Of a DNA stretch of 64,000 nt, positions 1-12,593 are shown one piece after another. The notes under the pieces are model-generated. The model was not told where the DNA came from. It worked only from the letters and a program-made list of their open reading frames with translations, and did no database searches. The position numbers and the translations under genes are program-made. Every line of letters starts with the position of its first letter. The stretch's first letter is position 1. The stretch spans positions 1,736,001 through 1,800,000 of the forward strand of contig NW_025766336.1 of NCBI RefSeq assembly GCF_003918875.1, read 5' to 3'. The DNA comes from Haliotis rubra. Its lineage: Eukaryota.

Positions 1-291
1 ACTGCTGATACAGCTAGTACGTTTATATAGCAGGTGGATATAACTAACACCAGACTGTTTTGTGTCAGGTACAAAACATAAGAAATAAAACTTTATCCTG
101 ATAATTGATGTGTCTATTTCAAGTAATAATTTTTATAACTATTAGAAAAAGTGAGCCTCCTAGTAAAGGTTATATCTGTATAAGCTTGTAAGGTCTTGCA
201 AGTTACATCGCTTGTATTTATAGGCTCGTGGCCTCATAATAGTGAACATCTGTCGGACTGTGTGTTTTGTCCTATATTTTGTTCGATATTT

Positions 292-374
292 TAGTCGAAG
301 CGCGTATAACGAACTACGGTTATCACGAACAACAGATATATATCCCCGTGAGTTCGTTATAATTGTAATCCACT
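292..374. mobile_element. Degenerate pogo-like MITE
   Basis: Imperfect inverted ends TAGTCGAAGCGCGTATAACGAAC ... GTTCGTTATAATTGTAATCCACTG. Confidence 0.4.
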
Positions 375-1624
375 GCATGTCAAAATTGATATAATCGGTG
401 TAAAACGTCATTCACTCACGATTCAATTAAACATTATCAGGGGCCATTTAATCTTATATATTATATGGTATCTGATATTATTAAGGCCTTCAACAAAACA
501 CCAGTGTCTATCTAAAACACTGATTGCATGTGCTCTCGCTGTGGAATGTTGGAGACACACAGTTGCTTCCTTTACTTGAAAAGGTTAATCATATCGTTAG
601 TTTGGTTATCGTTGGGACAACGAAGCCAGATCGCCAGGAGTCGCTGGGCCTCGCTTTGTTCTACAGATGTTACTCGTTCTTTGGTTTCCGGTTGCGCTGA
701 ACATCAGCGTTCATATCTCGAATAAATGCAAACCTTGTTTTCAAAGGTGATTATCAACATTTCAGATCATAAATTTAACACTTTCTAGTTGATATCAGAT
801 GATCGTTATGTTTTCCACAACTGTTCATGCAATAACGACAACAGTTGTATGCCTCTGATCCGACCGAGATACCCCCTACCCCACCCCTGTCTCTCCGACC
901 CACCCTAGGAGATACAGCACACAGCCTGTCCCTGCCCGACACTCGAGTCAGATTTATGGCCCCTGGGTGGGGTTTTATCAAGCATCAGACGCTCACCAGC
1001 CCCCAGGGCCGTGCCCTCGCCTACAGGAGGGGTTTGAGGTCAGCCGAGGGAGGAAGCTGACTTTGATGTGTTCTTGAGGTGGCCTTAGCTGACACAAAAC
1101 GTCGTCTTAATAACCCGGACTTCCTCCCGTAACAATTAGAGCTCTGTCTAGATAGCGTGTTTGTATGTGAGAGATCAGCAGTCTCAAAGGTGAACCTGCA
1201 GAATATATTGGCTCACGTAGACTGGTCATTGCACAATCCAATGACTCACAGTCGTCCGTATCCTAATGCACAAGCCCTAAATGAAGCAAGTCTAGATTTT
1301 CATCAGGCACTGTGGCTCCTTTTCTATTTGAATGAAGTTAGTTGTTTCTTTCAAAATTATATGTGTTCAGAGACGTCCAAGTTTGATCGCGGTCCGTGAC
1401 TGCGTCTTGTCCAACAAGGTAAGCACTGGACTTGTCCTCATCACACTGGATAATACAGGACGCCACAACGGGGTAAGAACCTATATTGTCCTACATCAAA
1501 CTGCCTTAACGTCAACTAGTGGAGACGTTGCCGATACAAGGGGCGCGTTTACTTTGCTCGACGTAAACGTCAACTAGTGAGGTATGAAGTCCATACAAGG
1601 GACGGCTTGTCTTAGACTAACAAC

Positions 1625-1797
1625 TAGTCTCTGAAATGAACATATTTTACTGAAAAAGGTTCATAGTAATAAATAAAAAAATATAAAAGATTTGAAAAGA
1701 AGCCCTGAGACTTTCTTCATTTTCAGATGCCACAGTTTCTAGACTTGCGTGGCCTTTCTTGGATATATTTTTGCTTCAGGGTCTGTACGACAGACTA
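1625..1797 (+). mobile_element. ~180-bp dispersed element, family C (TAGTCT...AGACTA ends); other copies near 7280-7437, 13473-13652, 39408-39560, 39564-39750 and an inverted relic near 1230-1377
   Basis: Shared blocks GTCTCTGAAATGAACATATTTTAC, AGCCCTGAGACTTTCTTCATTTTC, CTAGACTTGC and TTCAGGGTCTGTACGACAGACTA. Confidence 0.75.
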
Positions 1798-1929
1798 GGC
1801 TTGTCTCAGCTCGCATGAACTCGACATCAACGTCAACTAGTGAAGCATAAAGCCTTTACAAGGGGCGAGTTGTCTTTTCTCAACATCAACTAGAAGCCGA
1901 TACAAAAGGTGGTTTGTTTTTCTCGACAT

Positions 1930-2692
1930 CAACGTCAACTAGTGGAGAACGCAGCCGATACAGGGGAGGTTTGTCTAGCTCAACATAGATCTACGTCAAC
2001 TAGTGGAGAACGCAGCCGATACAGGGGGAGGCATGTCTAGCTCAACATAGATCTACGTCAACTAGTGGAGAACGCAGCCGATACAGGGGGAGGCTTGTCT
2101 AGCTCAACATAGATCTACGTCAACTAGTGGAGAACGCAGCCGATACAGGGGGAGGCTTGTCTAGCTCAACATAGATCTACGTCAACTAGTGGAGAACGCA
2201 GCCGATACAGGGGGAGGCTTGTCTAGCTCAACATAGATCTACGTCAACTAGTGGAGAACGCAGCCGATACAGGGGGAGGCTTGTCTAGCTCAACATAGAT
2301 CTACGTCAACTAGTGGAGAACGCAGCCGATACAGGGGGAGGCTTGTCTAGCTCAACATAGATCTACGTCAACTAGTGGAGAACGCAGCCGATACAGGGGG
2401 AGGCATGTCTAGCTCAACATAGATCTACGTCAACTAGTGGAGAACGCAGCCGATACAGGGGGAGGCTTGTCTAGCTCAACATAGATCTACGTCAACTAGT
2501 GGAGAACGCAGCCGATACAGGGGGAGGCATGTCTAGCTCAACATAGATCTACGTCAACTAGTGGAGAACGCAGCCGATACAGGGGGAGGCTTGTCTAGCT
2601 CAACATAGATCTACGTCAACTAGTGGAGAACGCAGCCGATACAGGGGGAGGCTTGTCTAGCTCAACATAGTTCGACGTCAACTAGTGGAGAA
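1930..2692. repeat. 62-bp minisatellite, about 12 near-identical copies (degenerate units extend back to ~1510)
   Basis: Unit ACGTCAACTAGTGGAGAACGCAGCCGATACAGGGGGAGGCTTGTCTAGCTCAACATAGATCT. Confidence 0.95.
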
Positions 2693-2694
2693 TG

Positions 2695-2937
2695 GACACG
2701 TAAAGGTCCGGGTTAGAATTAACATTGGTCTTCAGCAACCCATGCTTGTCGTAAGAGGCGACTAACGCGATCAGATGGTCAGGCTCGCTGACTTGGTTGA
2801 CACATGTCATCGTATCCCAATTGCGTAGAACGATGCTCATGCTGTTGATCACTGCATTGTCTGATCCAGACACCATTATTTACAAACTGTCGCCTATGGC
2901 TGGAATTTTGCCGAGTGCGGCGTTAAACAACAAACAA
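2695..2937 (+). mobile_element. SINE-like family A (no tRNA head), full-length copy
   Basis: GACACGTAAAGGTCCGGG...GTCGTAAGAGGCGACTAA...GCGGCGTTAAACAACAAACAA. TSD AGTGGAGAATG (2684-2694) / AGTGAAGAATG (2938-2948). Confidence 0.9.
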
Positions 2938-4177
2938 AGTGAAGAATGAACAAAGAGCTACCTGTTGAACTTCAACTTGTATGTCGACTCGCACATCGGC
3001 TTGTACATCAATGGGAAGAAAGGGATTTGCATCGTCTCGAATTAATATTAGATGCGCAATTCCAGAATCTCGAAAACGATGGTTGCATTTCTTGTCGTCC
3101 TCGAGGTGACAAACAAAGTGAAAGACGGCAACGTTTATCTCTGTTGACTTACATTCCGTGGGGACGAGAGGAAACAGTAAATGAAACTCAAGCCATTGTC
3201 TAAATATTCCCAAGGAGTAATTGATGGCGCGTGGGTAACCTACACCATTGTGTGCCCCATCCTCCGGGCTGTCGGGTGGGGGGTCCGGGCAGAGGGTTAC
3301 TGGGGCGCGGTGAGGACAGGCTGATATAAGGAGACTGAAGTCGACTACAGTGACATTACCTATTGTTTCAATATGGTACAGGTCGTGACCGGCTCTGGGT
3401 GCCATTTTGGCACGTGCGTCTTGTTACAAGAGCGGACGATATGCGATTCCTTCCATCTTGAAATTTCTTTGTTTGAGATATATGTGTGATATATAAAAAC
3501 GAATCCGATACTGTTTTTCTGAAACTCTACCCTGGGTTTCTTGTCCCCGGTAAATAGAGGTATCCTCGATGACGGTGGACGATGGCGCAAGCAAATACAA
3601 CCATATCAACCAGGGCTTAAGTTACGGAGACATTCCCATCATGTTGACAAATATCCCCCGTCGGCTCGCCTATCTCGCATAGTCCACATTCCATGTTTCC
3701 CTTCTTTGCCCGACCATTGTTCCCGTCTCCGACATCGTAAGTTCCATACAGACTTTATAACCAGACCCACAGCACACGGCCATTATTTTCCCCCGAGCGA
3801 AACGAAATTTATACCGGAAATATGAACCATAATTCTTCCAGTACGTCAATTCTACATGTCAAAACCGTGAAAACCTGCAACTCTGTATGGTATACACTGG
3901 CTTCTTTGCTCACGGCAAATCAGGTCCATCTCAACCTCTGTGGGAGGCGTCCCGTGCTGAGTGTGAGCTTTCGTCACCACTCGCCCCTTTCCGTAACCTG
4001 TATAGCTATCGGAATAACACGAGCTGGTCACGGATGATGTGAAGCTCTACATTTGATAATTACGAGGCAGGAAATGTATATATCCCTCGACATCTCCACT
4101 TCTTTGATGAAGGGTTAACATGACAATCTCTTAGGGATCGTCAAGTAAATGATAAGACACCTCTCTACCACAGAACA

Positions 4178-4338
4178 GGGGCGGTGGGGTAGCCTAGTGG
4201 TTAAAGCGTTAGCTCGTCACGTCGAAGACCCGGGTTCGATTCCCCAGATGGGTACAACGTGCGAAGCCCATTTCCGGTGTCATCCGCCGTGATATTGCTG
4301 GAATGTTGCTAAAAGCGGCGTAAAACCAGACTTACTCA
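4178..4338 (+). mobile_element. tRNA-derived SINE family B
   Basis: A box TAGCCTAGTGG, B box GGTTCGATTCC, tail GCTGGAATGTTGCTAAAAGCGGCGTAAAAC..ACTCA. TSD CTACCACAGAACA / CTATCACAGAATA. Confidence 0.9.
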
Positions 4339-5001
4339 CTATCACAGAATAGAACAGAACATTTATTACTTTCAGACCACTATCCGTGGTAAATGAAGTT
4401 AAATATTATTTAATATTGATGTATTGTGGTACGACAATTGGCTGTATTTATGTACATACAAAATATTATGTAAAGGATAGATGAGAGCTTACCTAGAGGA
4501 CTTGTCGCTTAGCATAACTTGAGAACAAAGTTTCCTTAACTTTATAAGTACAGATTTGTACAGATAAATAGAGTACCAAATCTAAAGACGTTTGGTGAAC
4601 ATAGACGTATGGTGACAATACGTCACTTCCTACATGCGTAAAGGACAATGCTAAACTGCTGTCACTGAGCACATGGGAGCGGCAGCAAGACACGCCATGA
4701 GCAAGTCTGATGCCGGGGTGACGTTAGGGAAAGTCTGTCATTGATTCATTTGAGAAGATAGTTCACACTATACCAAAGGAACGATTAGCTTCTAAACGGT
4801 TTCCCTCACACAAAATTCCGACATAAACCTACGGTATAGTATTCCGTTGAAAGAACATCACCAGATGCAACACATCTATGAATAATGTGCACCTAAATTC
4901 ACAGTCTGAGATTTACACTGTCTTGTGTCTAGGCATGATTTTTGGGGGGTCCAGTCAAACTGTATATGCATCCATTTAATCACATCTCCTCATCTGCAGA
5001 A

Positions 5002-5238
5002 GACCAGTGAAGATCCGGGTTAGAATTGACCTGCAGCTACCCATGATTGTCGTAAGAGGCGACCAACGGGATCGGTTGGTCAGGCTCGCTGACTTGGTTG
5101 ACACGTCATCGTATCCCAATTGCGCAGATCGATGCTCATGCTGTTCATCACTGGATTGTCTGGTCCAGACTCGATTATTTACAGACCGCCGCCATATAGC
5201 TGGCATATTGATGAGTGCGGCGTAAAACTAAACTCAGT
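5002..5238 (+). mobile_element. SINE-like family A, full-length copy
   Basis: Homologous to 2695..2937. TSD CATCTGCAGAA (4991-5001) / CACCTGCAGAA (5239-5249). Confidence 0.9.
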
Positions 5239-6380
5239 CACCTGCAGAAATCGCAAATGAAAGAAAATAATGTACTGAAAACCGTATTTGAAAGTAATGA
5301 CCCATAATTAAAATATTTCAGTGATTCACATGTCAGTGGTTGAAAATAACATTAAGCTTTTGGTTTCTTGTCCCGGTTAAGCGACGACCTTTTCCCCATT
5401 CAACATGTTCATAAGATATGCTTAAATTTAACTTTCCTTGCGCCCTCGTAAATTATGTCCATTGACTTTCCGCTGACCGACGCATTTGTATGGATAATAT
5501 TTTGCTTTACCATTGAAATCAAAATAGACAATCCTTTTGTGAATATTTGGAGTGACTCCGTGAATTGTTAACACACCCACAAGACCCATTGTGTATGTGG
5601 GGGCATTACTTCAAGGTCGGTGTCTCATTTACTGTAAATCAGGCCCGTCTCGTAAAATCTCAATCAGCAACACGTTCACATGTGACCTTGTTGACCCTCG
5701 CACAGCAGGGGTCAGGTGTGGTAATTAGGGGCTAATCGACCCTTCCGTGCATATCATAAATTGATCCCACTTGTTGAGATACGAGGAGCCAGCGGTGCTG
5801 TTCTCGTTATGGCAGATGTCACGTGACAAACTGGCCGCGAGACAGCCAATCAGTGTCACGCTTACATGTAAGGTCGACGGGGGTCCTCGAAGTTTGATTA
5901 AAATAAGTTAATCTAATGTTTTGGTTGGGTTGCTGTCACGCGCTCAGTGATGACGGCAGCATCTGCATTAAGAGTAAAGATGAAGATAAGATAGTCCCAC
6001 CATCTGTCCCTCCGCTCACACCTAATCCCTGGAATGAGACGTGCCAGCGTGTCAAGGGTTGAGTTCGAATCCAGTTTGATTGGTACGCGAGTCGAACATG
6101 ATCACAGTATCAAATATCAATGTTTCCCAGACTCTGACTTCTACTCCGTCAGCAGATGTTGGTATCAACCATCCAGTGACCCGGAAGTCTTATACAAAAG
6201 CCAGAAGAAGAAATAACGGCCTGTCGGTGTGTGGGCTAAATATTGATACCACACCACGTACATCCTTTATCGTGCTTGTTCACATGTAAGCCCACTGTGC
6301 AAGTGACAACCCATTACCTGGATGATAATTCTGAATGCTGGTGGGAAATTTGAATAACGTATATATATTTTCTGAATATA

Positions 6381-6802
6381 TACTCTTAAAAAAAGTAGGG
6401 TAACTCCAATTTTAATTTACGATTGAAAAGCTGGGGAGATATATCGGAGTCAATCAATGTTGATATGATAACAATGAATGTTTTGAGAGTGCATCACCAC
6501 TTGCACTTCCTTATGACCATAGTTGTTTGTACAGTAATCGCTCTTGAAAGATGGTTGGTGTATGAAGTGAAATTTGCATGTGTACGATTTTCATTTTCAA
6601 ACAAACAAAACGGCTAGAAACAAACACTAACAACTGTGTAATGCAAGATATCGTACACGTGCATCCCATGCGTTGTGTTTAAGGGTGGGGATAAAGATAA
6701 ATGGTGGTGCGTTCATAAGATGTCTCTCATTGAAACGTTTGTTAACGCTTATACTTCCTATCCAAATTGAAAGGTCAGGTTCCCCTACTTTTTGTAAAAG
6801 TA
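6381..6802. mobile_element. Non-autonomous Tc1/mariner-like element
   Basis: Imperfect TIRs TACTCTTAAAAAAAGTAGGGTAAC / GTTCCCCTACTTTTTGTAAAAGTA, with TA on the left. Confidence 0.55.
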
Positions 6803-7029
6803 AATGTATGATCTGATAGAAACAAGCAGCTGTATTGAAACTGGAAGTGGGCCCCGGTGGAAAATCAAGACTTGCTTCATTTATCATTACATTACACAAA
6901 GGGCTGGTGGGAAGGGAAAATTATATGGTTCAGGTCACACATGTTATATTTGGGATTACACGTTCTGATAGTACAAGTCATCATGAACATCTGCTTATAC
7001 CTTGCCAACATGTTTTGTATAGCCTGCAT

Positions 7030-7237
7030 GCAGCAAGACCTATCAACCAATCACCATGGTGACGACCAAGTCCGCAGCAAACCATGCTAAATGTTCAAGG
7101 CAATTAAATGTATCGGGTGGTCATGCTCGGTGTTCTTGCTGATTTCGAGTGGGATGTCCTCATGCTATCAATCACTGGTTTCACGTGTCCAGATTCAGAT
7201 GTTTACAGCGTCAATGCTGCCGAGTGTGGCGTTACAC
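7030..7237 (+). mobile_element. SINE-like family A, old diverged copy
   Basis: Recognisable blocks: CAGCAAACCATGCT, ATCGGGTGGTCA, ATCACTGG, GAGTGTGGCGTTA. Confidence 0.55.
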
Positions 7238-8367
7238 AGGTACTTTGACTAACATCATCTCGTTTATAACTTATTTGAAAGAAAAGAGGTTCCTAAATTT
7301 TAGAAATAAAATATGATAAAAAGGAGCCCATGCAGAGACTTTCTTCATTTTCAGAAACCGTAGTAATCAACACTTGCCACTTATTTTAGAATTGCATGGG
7401 TTTTCTATATTTGTTTCAGGGTCCGTATGACAGACTAATGAATGCCGTACGTCTAATTTTGGTCGGACATTTGATCGAGTCGTAATTTATAACTACATTG
7501 ACTAAATATTTACCATCTCACAAGTTTCTTGTAACTTGTGAAGATTTGTTGAATATATCAATGTTTGGTACAAGAACCAAGAGCATCAAGGCATGGTAAC
7601 AGCTCTCTCTGTCTGTACCCATATTTCAGTGTGACTCATGATATGGACGGGACTAGTACTTGTTGAAGGTGGAATTACCATTCCTCAAGACAATGGCCAT
7701 TAGAATGTCGTCTGTTGGCTATAGCCCGCTTCATCGTATCGTCAAAGTGTCGTCTGGTGAGATATATAGTCACGACACTGGTTGTTTATGTGTTGACGGG
7801 CAGTCCAGCCCCTGGCAACTTCTCCATAACAGTAAATGGGTATCGTTTACCGGCAGAAGTTGGTATTCCCATTAAGAAGGGGTTTGTCCGAGTTTTAGCA
7901 AGATGGTGAAAATAACATCTGGAGATAGCCATTGGTTAAACAGGTAATAATGATCTTTTCTTGACTGTAATTGTCATTCCAGGGCCTCGCACCTGAAGAT
8001 GACCGGCCTGGACGCTGGACGCAGATGTTTGACATTCTGACATGTTGACACCTTAACTCCAGTAATGATGACATCCAAACTCCCCCTGCTCTCTAGTCCC
8101 CCTTAAAGCTGGAGACGCCCTCAGACCACATACTCCGGGTGGAGCGGAGATGTTGACTGGCGATAATGAGGCTCCATATAAACAATGTCATTAACCTCCA
8201 CAGGTCTGATGCCTTCATTTGTAAGTCGATGACCTGGCTGAGTTAACGACTCACTAACAGAGAACCGATAACAAACATGAATATTGTGCTGCAGTTCATT
8301 TTGTCAGAATGAGTAGATCTTAAAATGTCAGAATTGTTACCAGCAAGAAGTGAGGCGAAGGAAGATG

Positions 8368-8476
8368 GGCCTAGATTTTCCAAGCTCTCTTAGAGCTAAG
8401 ATAACCGTAAGTTAATTTTAATGTATGGTACTTACGACTATCTTAGCTCCACGAGAGCTTCGAAAATCTTTGCCCC
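8368..8476. mobile_element. Second copy of the 107-bp foldback MITE
   Basis: GGCCTAGATTTTCCAAGCTCTCTTAGAGCTAAG...GAGAGCTTCGAAAATCTTTGCC. Confidence 0.75.
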
Positions 8477-8682
8477 GTGTTTATTTAGAAAACCTGTTCA
8501 CCCTATTATTGAAAACTACGGTGTTGAAAGACATGGGACCAAAATACGGGAGAGCCTGTAAAATACGATTCTCACCGCAGAAGGAAGAAGATGAATTCAA
8601 CTGTACCGGCATATTATCTGTTTGCAAAATTTGAAAAACAACAACAACAAAATATAGTCTGTGCATAAAATGTCCTTTAAAC

Positions 8683-8719
8683 CAGAGACCATATCATATT
8701 ATCTATTATATGGTCTCTG
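8683..8719. mobile_element. 37-bp palindromic micro-MITE with 7-bp TSD
   Basis: TTTAAAC|CAGAGACCATATCATATTATCTATTATATGGTCTCTG|TTTAAAC. Confidence 0.85.
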
Positions 8720-10406
8720 TTTAAACTAACCTGAACAAGTTCCTTATCCAATACCTCTGTCGCGTTTGGGGTGTAAACAGGTTCAGAATCTAAACATATT
8801 CCGGACTGACCCGTGTTACCCCCTTGAAATTCATATCAGGAAATTTATGACGGGGGCGCATTCTATAATCTCTATTCGTTTCAGGTTTTCGTTTGCGTGT
8901 ACTGGGTTATACAGAGTATTGGGGTAACTTCCTTTCCTTATATGATATGTATACTAGGACTCATACAGCAACAACAGATTTCTGAACATAACTCTTGTAA
9001 AACCTCGGCAAGATACGAATCGACTTCTTGCTTCGTCGTCCATCACGCTACCGTCTGTCAGATGGAAACTGTTGTTACACATGTCAATTTTCCTTGTGAC
9101 CCGTAACTCGGCTTGATTTACGAATATAATATTTTTTATGTTTTTACCAAGTTTGTTGAGCGTCCTGGTGGTCTATATGTTATAACAAGTGCCAGTGAAA
9201 CTGTTTAGCACATATAATTTGGACAAATATGTTACATCTTATATACTTATGCACTTAAATAAAACATGTTAAAATTCTGATAAAGTTTAGATAAATGGGA
9301 TAATACACAACGATGTACATTTTGTCGTTTAAAGTCTGAACATGTTTAGGTTATGGAGATATTGTGTTTAGGAGGCGTGTTGCCAGGGTGATAGTTAACT
9401 CCATGTGTTTAGACTCTAAACGTGTTTAGGTATAACACATCAGATGAGTATTCCGTCATGGATTTACACCCGTACAGTGTAATAATCATAGTATATCTGG
9501 GTAAAGAATTCAGGGTAGATGTACGTTGTATAGAGTGGTTGATATGTCACAGATTCAGTTAGTTGTGCGTTTGGTACAGTGTTTGACAAGACTCTCACAC
9601 ATACGGCCAGGATGATTTAAACATGGAGAGTGCCATATCTTTCCCAATGAAATCTGTTTCGGTCGCGTGCAATATTATTTTTGAAAGTTTAATTAAATCA
9701 GCTATTAAGTGACTTATTGCACGCATTCCGGGCTGAGGGATGCACGTGTATGCGTGGTTGTTTACGCCACCAGATTCTTTACGTTGTCCGACGTACATGA
9801 GTGAATGGGTGACATGTCATTAACGATTAACACCAACGTATGCCGACACCGACAACTGTCGACTGACAATAATGGCGAGAGTCTGAGGATGGTAGTGTTT
9901 GTATCTGAACACAAGGGGAAGAGCTGGTCATGGCTGACATCCAACTCAAGTACGGATGATGAATAACTGCTACAAGGGACACAGTTTTCAAGATTCCCTA
10001 ATAAAGTTACCAGATGAACAATAACATTTGGCACCCTTGTGACTGAGCGCGGGAACAAAGCGCCAGTTGTCTGCTGCACTCCGAGAAATACTGCCTACCA
10101 TGTCAAGTATAAAGACGCTCTCTATCGGAGAAGATACATCATTGCTTTCCAATGCGAAAGTGAACCAATAGACTTCACTTGACCGCACGGAATGGATCAA
10201 CGATTCACTTTGTAAAATAACTTCGTTTATTTCATCCAAGTAAAAGCACATATATTTGTCTTAAACGCCAATATATCGCACTCTTACAATTACGTTAAAG
10301 CCTCAATCGCTCACGAACCTGACTCCAAATGGGGTCTTCTCGTTTATCCACCACCTATTGTTCTAGGTGGACAAGTCACTGAAGCGGAATAATCCTCAAG
10401 ACAATA

Positions 10407-11140
10407 GATGTCCCTGAAATTTTGTTCCCTGTGAAATAAGATCCCCCCTTGAATGTAGTAGTAAAAAAGTAAGTCTTTCTACATTTTTTTTTATTTCAAC
10501 AATACATACAATATCAAAATTAACAATACATTCAATATCTATGACAATCCTCAATAGCCTGTTAAATGGGATACTGCATCCCAATATGCATATACATCCA
10601 TATGGCCAGCCAAGAATTGCTGTTTGATGTTACATAATCTGTTTGTTAAATTGACATATTTAACTTTCTTGCGAGGAGGTTTGGCACCTCCTCTTAATTG
10701 CATACATGATGCCTCTACGTAAGATTGTTCTTTTTTCAAGAATTCAATAATCTTGAAGATATTGGGATGGTTTTCTAAACAGGAAAGCTTCCTGTGCCAG
10801 CCCTCAACATGATTAGTAGTGCGGGGGCCTTCGGTGGCGAAGTGGTTCCACATGGTCCTGCCATGGTCACCCTCCACCCAGTACGATGTCATATAGTCTG
10901 TAAACTGTTCCACCCCAGGAGGTGCATCTTCCAGGGCCTGCCACCACACATCACTCACACAGTCCACTGGTACCAGGGGCAAAGCAATCGCTCGTCTTAC
11001 AAGACGACCTATGTCCGGGTTGTCCTTATATTCAGTTACCATTCCAAGCTTCTGAACTTTTCTCCAAACACTCTGGCTAAAGTGAAAGTAGCAACCCTTT
11101 AATATGGCATTTTGAAAAGTCATCTTGATGGCGTTTTGAC
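10407..11140 (-). mobile_element. 5'-truncated Mutator-like (MULE) DNA transposon: transposase C-terminus plus candidate 3' TIR
   Basis: ORF 10551..11156 carries GCYFHFSQSVWRK (CxxH motif) and WNHF..GPRTTNHVEGWH (catalytic E). The upstream catalytic Asp motif (usually DFE) is absent. A terminus-like sequence GATGTCCCTGAAATTTTGTTCCCTGTGAAATAAGATCCCC starts at 10407; no partner TIR was seen. Confidence 0.85.
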
Positions 11141-12593
11141 AAATCGAACCCCTCATGTGCAGCTTTAGTTTGAAAAGAGAGAAATCTTATGTTTTATACA
11201 TGCATCAGGTAGACCAATTTCTTCATTTACTGAGTTAAAGTTATACTGACATCTTAGTGAATTTGACACACTCTGGGGCTCCCCCATACTTTACGTCAAA
11301 ACTGTCTGTTTACTACCATCTTCTTTCCAATGAAATTGAATTAACAACAGAGGTCAATTGATTCTGGCCTTGTCTTGTGTATGTGCAATTACCTCCGTTT
11401 CTTTTCAGGATGGAATAGAGCGGTTGTCAAGTCAACCCCTAGTCCAGCGGACCTCCTTGAAGATGTTTCGTGATGCTTGCAGTTTTACGATGACAGGTGC
11501 ACTGGAGTTAGCCGTGGGCCAACCCCTCTTGTCAGGCGTTTCATATCTAATAACATACAGGGTGTTATGTATTGTACATCGCGGTATGATACCGGACAGA
11601 AGGCTGCCCCCCTTCGACCCGGGGCGTTATCAACCATATACACAGATATTGTCCTGTCATATTGCATTGTAGGAGGAGCATGTTCACTGAGCGTGCCCGG
11701 CGCGAGACACGCCGCCATTTCTGTTAATGCATTGTGGGAAACAAAGGGAGTAGGACGTCACGGGTAGATAAATTGATGGAATCATCAGAGACCAGAGATT
11801 GAAAGCTGGCTTGCTTAGAGGACACAAAGCAGAGATCAGAGGGGTGTGTCGGAGGTAAATCAGAAAGACAACACCCCCTTCACAACCCTACTTGAAATAT
11901 CTGTGTCTTTTGAGTTGTCAGCCCGACCACTCGAGGTGTCCCCGCAAACACTACCTACAGATTAGATAGTTGTTGTCATATGGAAGAAGAGCACTGCATG
12001 TCTGCGGATAGTCCGCCTCCTGAGGACTTGAACCACTGTTGAATGGGACACTAGGCATTGTCCACCCGAGGCTCTGCTCCCCATGGCGAGATTCAGAACA
12101 GTGGGAAGAGTGGACAACGCGTAATGCCCCATGATTAACAACGGTTGAAGTCCAACCTTCACTTAAGGAATTGTCCAATATGTTGACACTGTTTTTAAGA
12201 CTTTAATTCCTTTAATTGCACAGATCTAGAGGGATCGTTGTAAACGGGTCATTTTCTTTAACAATGGCCTATAATGTCGGTGTTGTTTGGTGTGTTGTTG
12301 TGACCAGTCCTGAACAAAACAACGCGTCAAGAAACGTAGCTGCTGCTTTTGTGGAATATAGGTGATATATGGATACATATCCGCATTCAGTTATGCTGCA
12401 TTTAATATTCAACTGAACTATTCGTCTGAACTGAACTATCTAACTGAACCAACCATTGGTGATCACAAATTCAACCGAACTGGCAGTCGGGTACCAGAAG
12501 GTTACACAGGTCACTATAGGATCAATTACGACAGACTGCACAGTCGGTTATACTTTACCGACAGAGTAAATAGCAATGGAGCTTTGTTCTTGT

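Noticed and set aside
2923-4040. Overlapping 60-160-aa ORFs
   Set aside because: No recognisable motifs or consistent splice structure; likely non-coding.
4178-4250. tRNA gene
   Set aside because: The tRNA-like head runs on into a SINE body and tail with a TSD, and several diverged copies exist.
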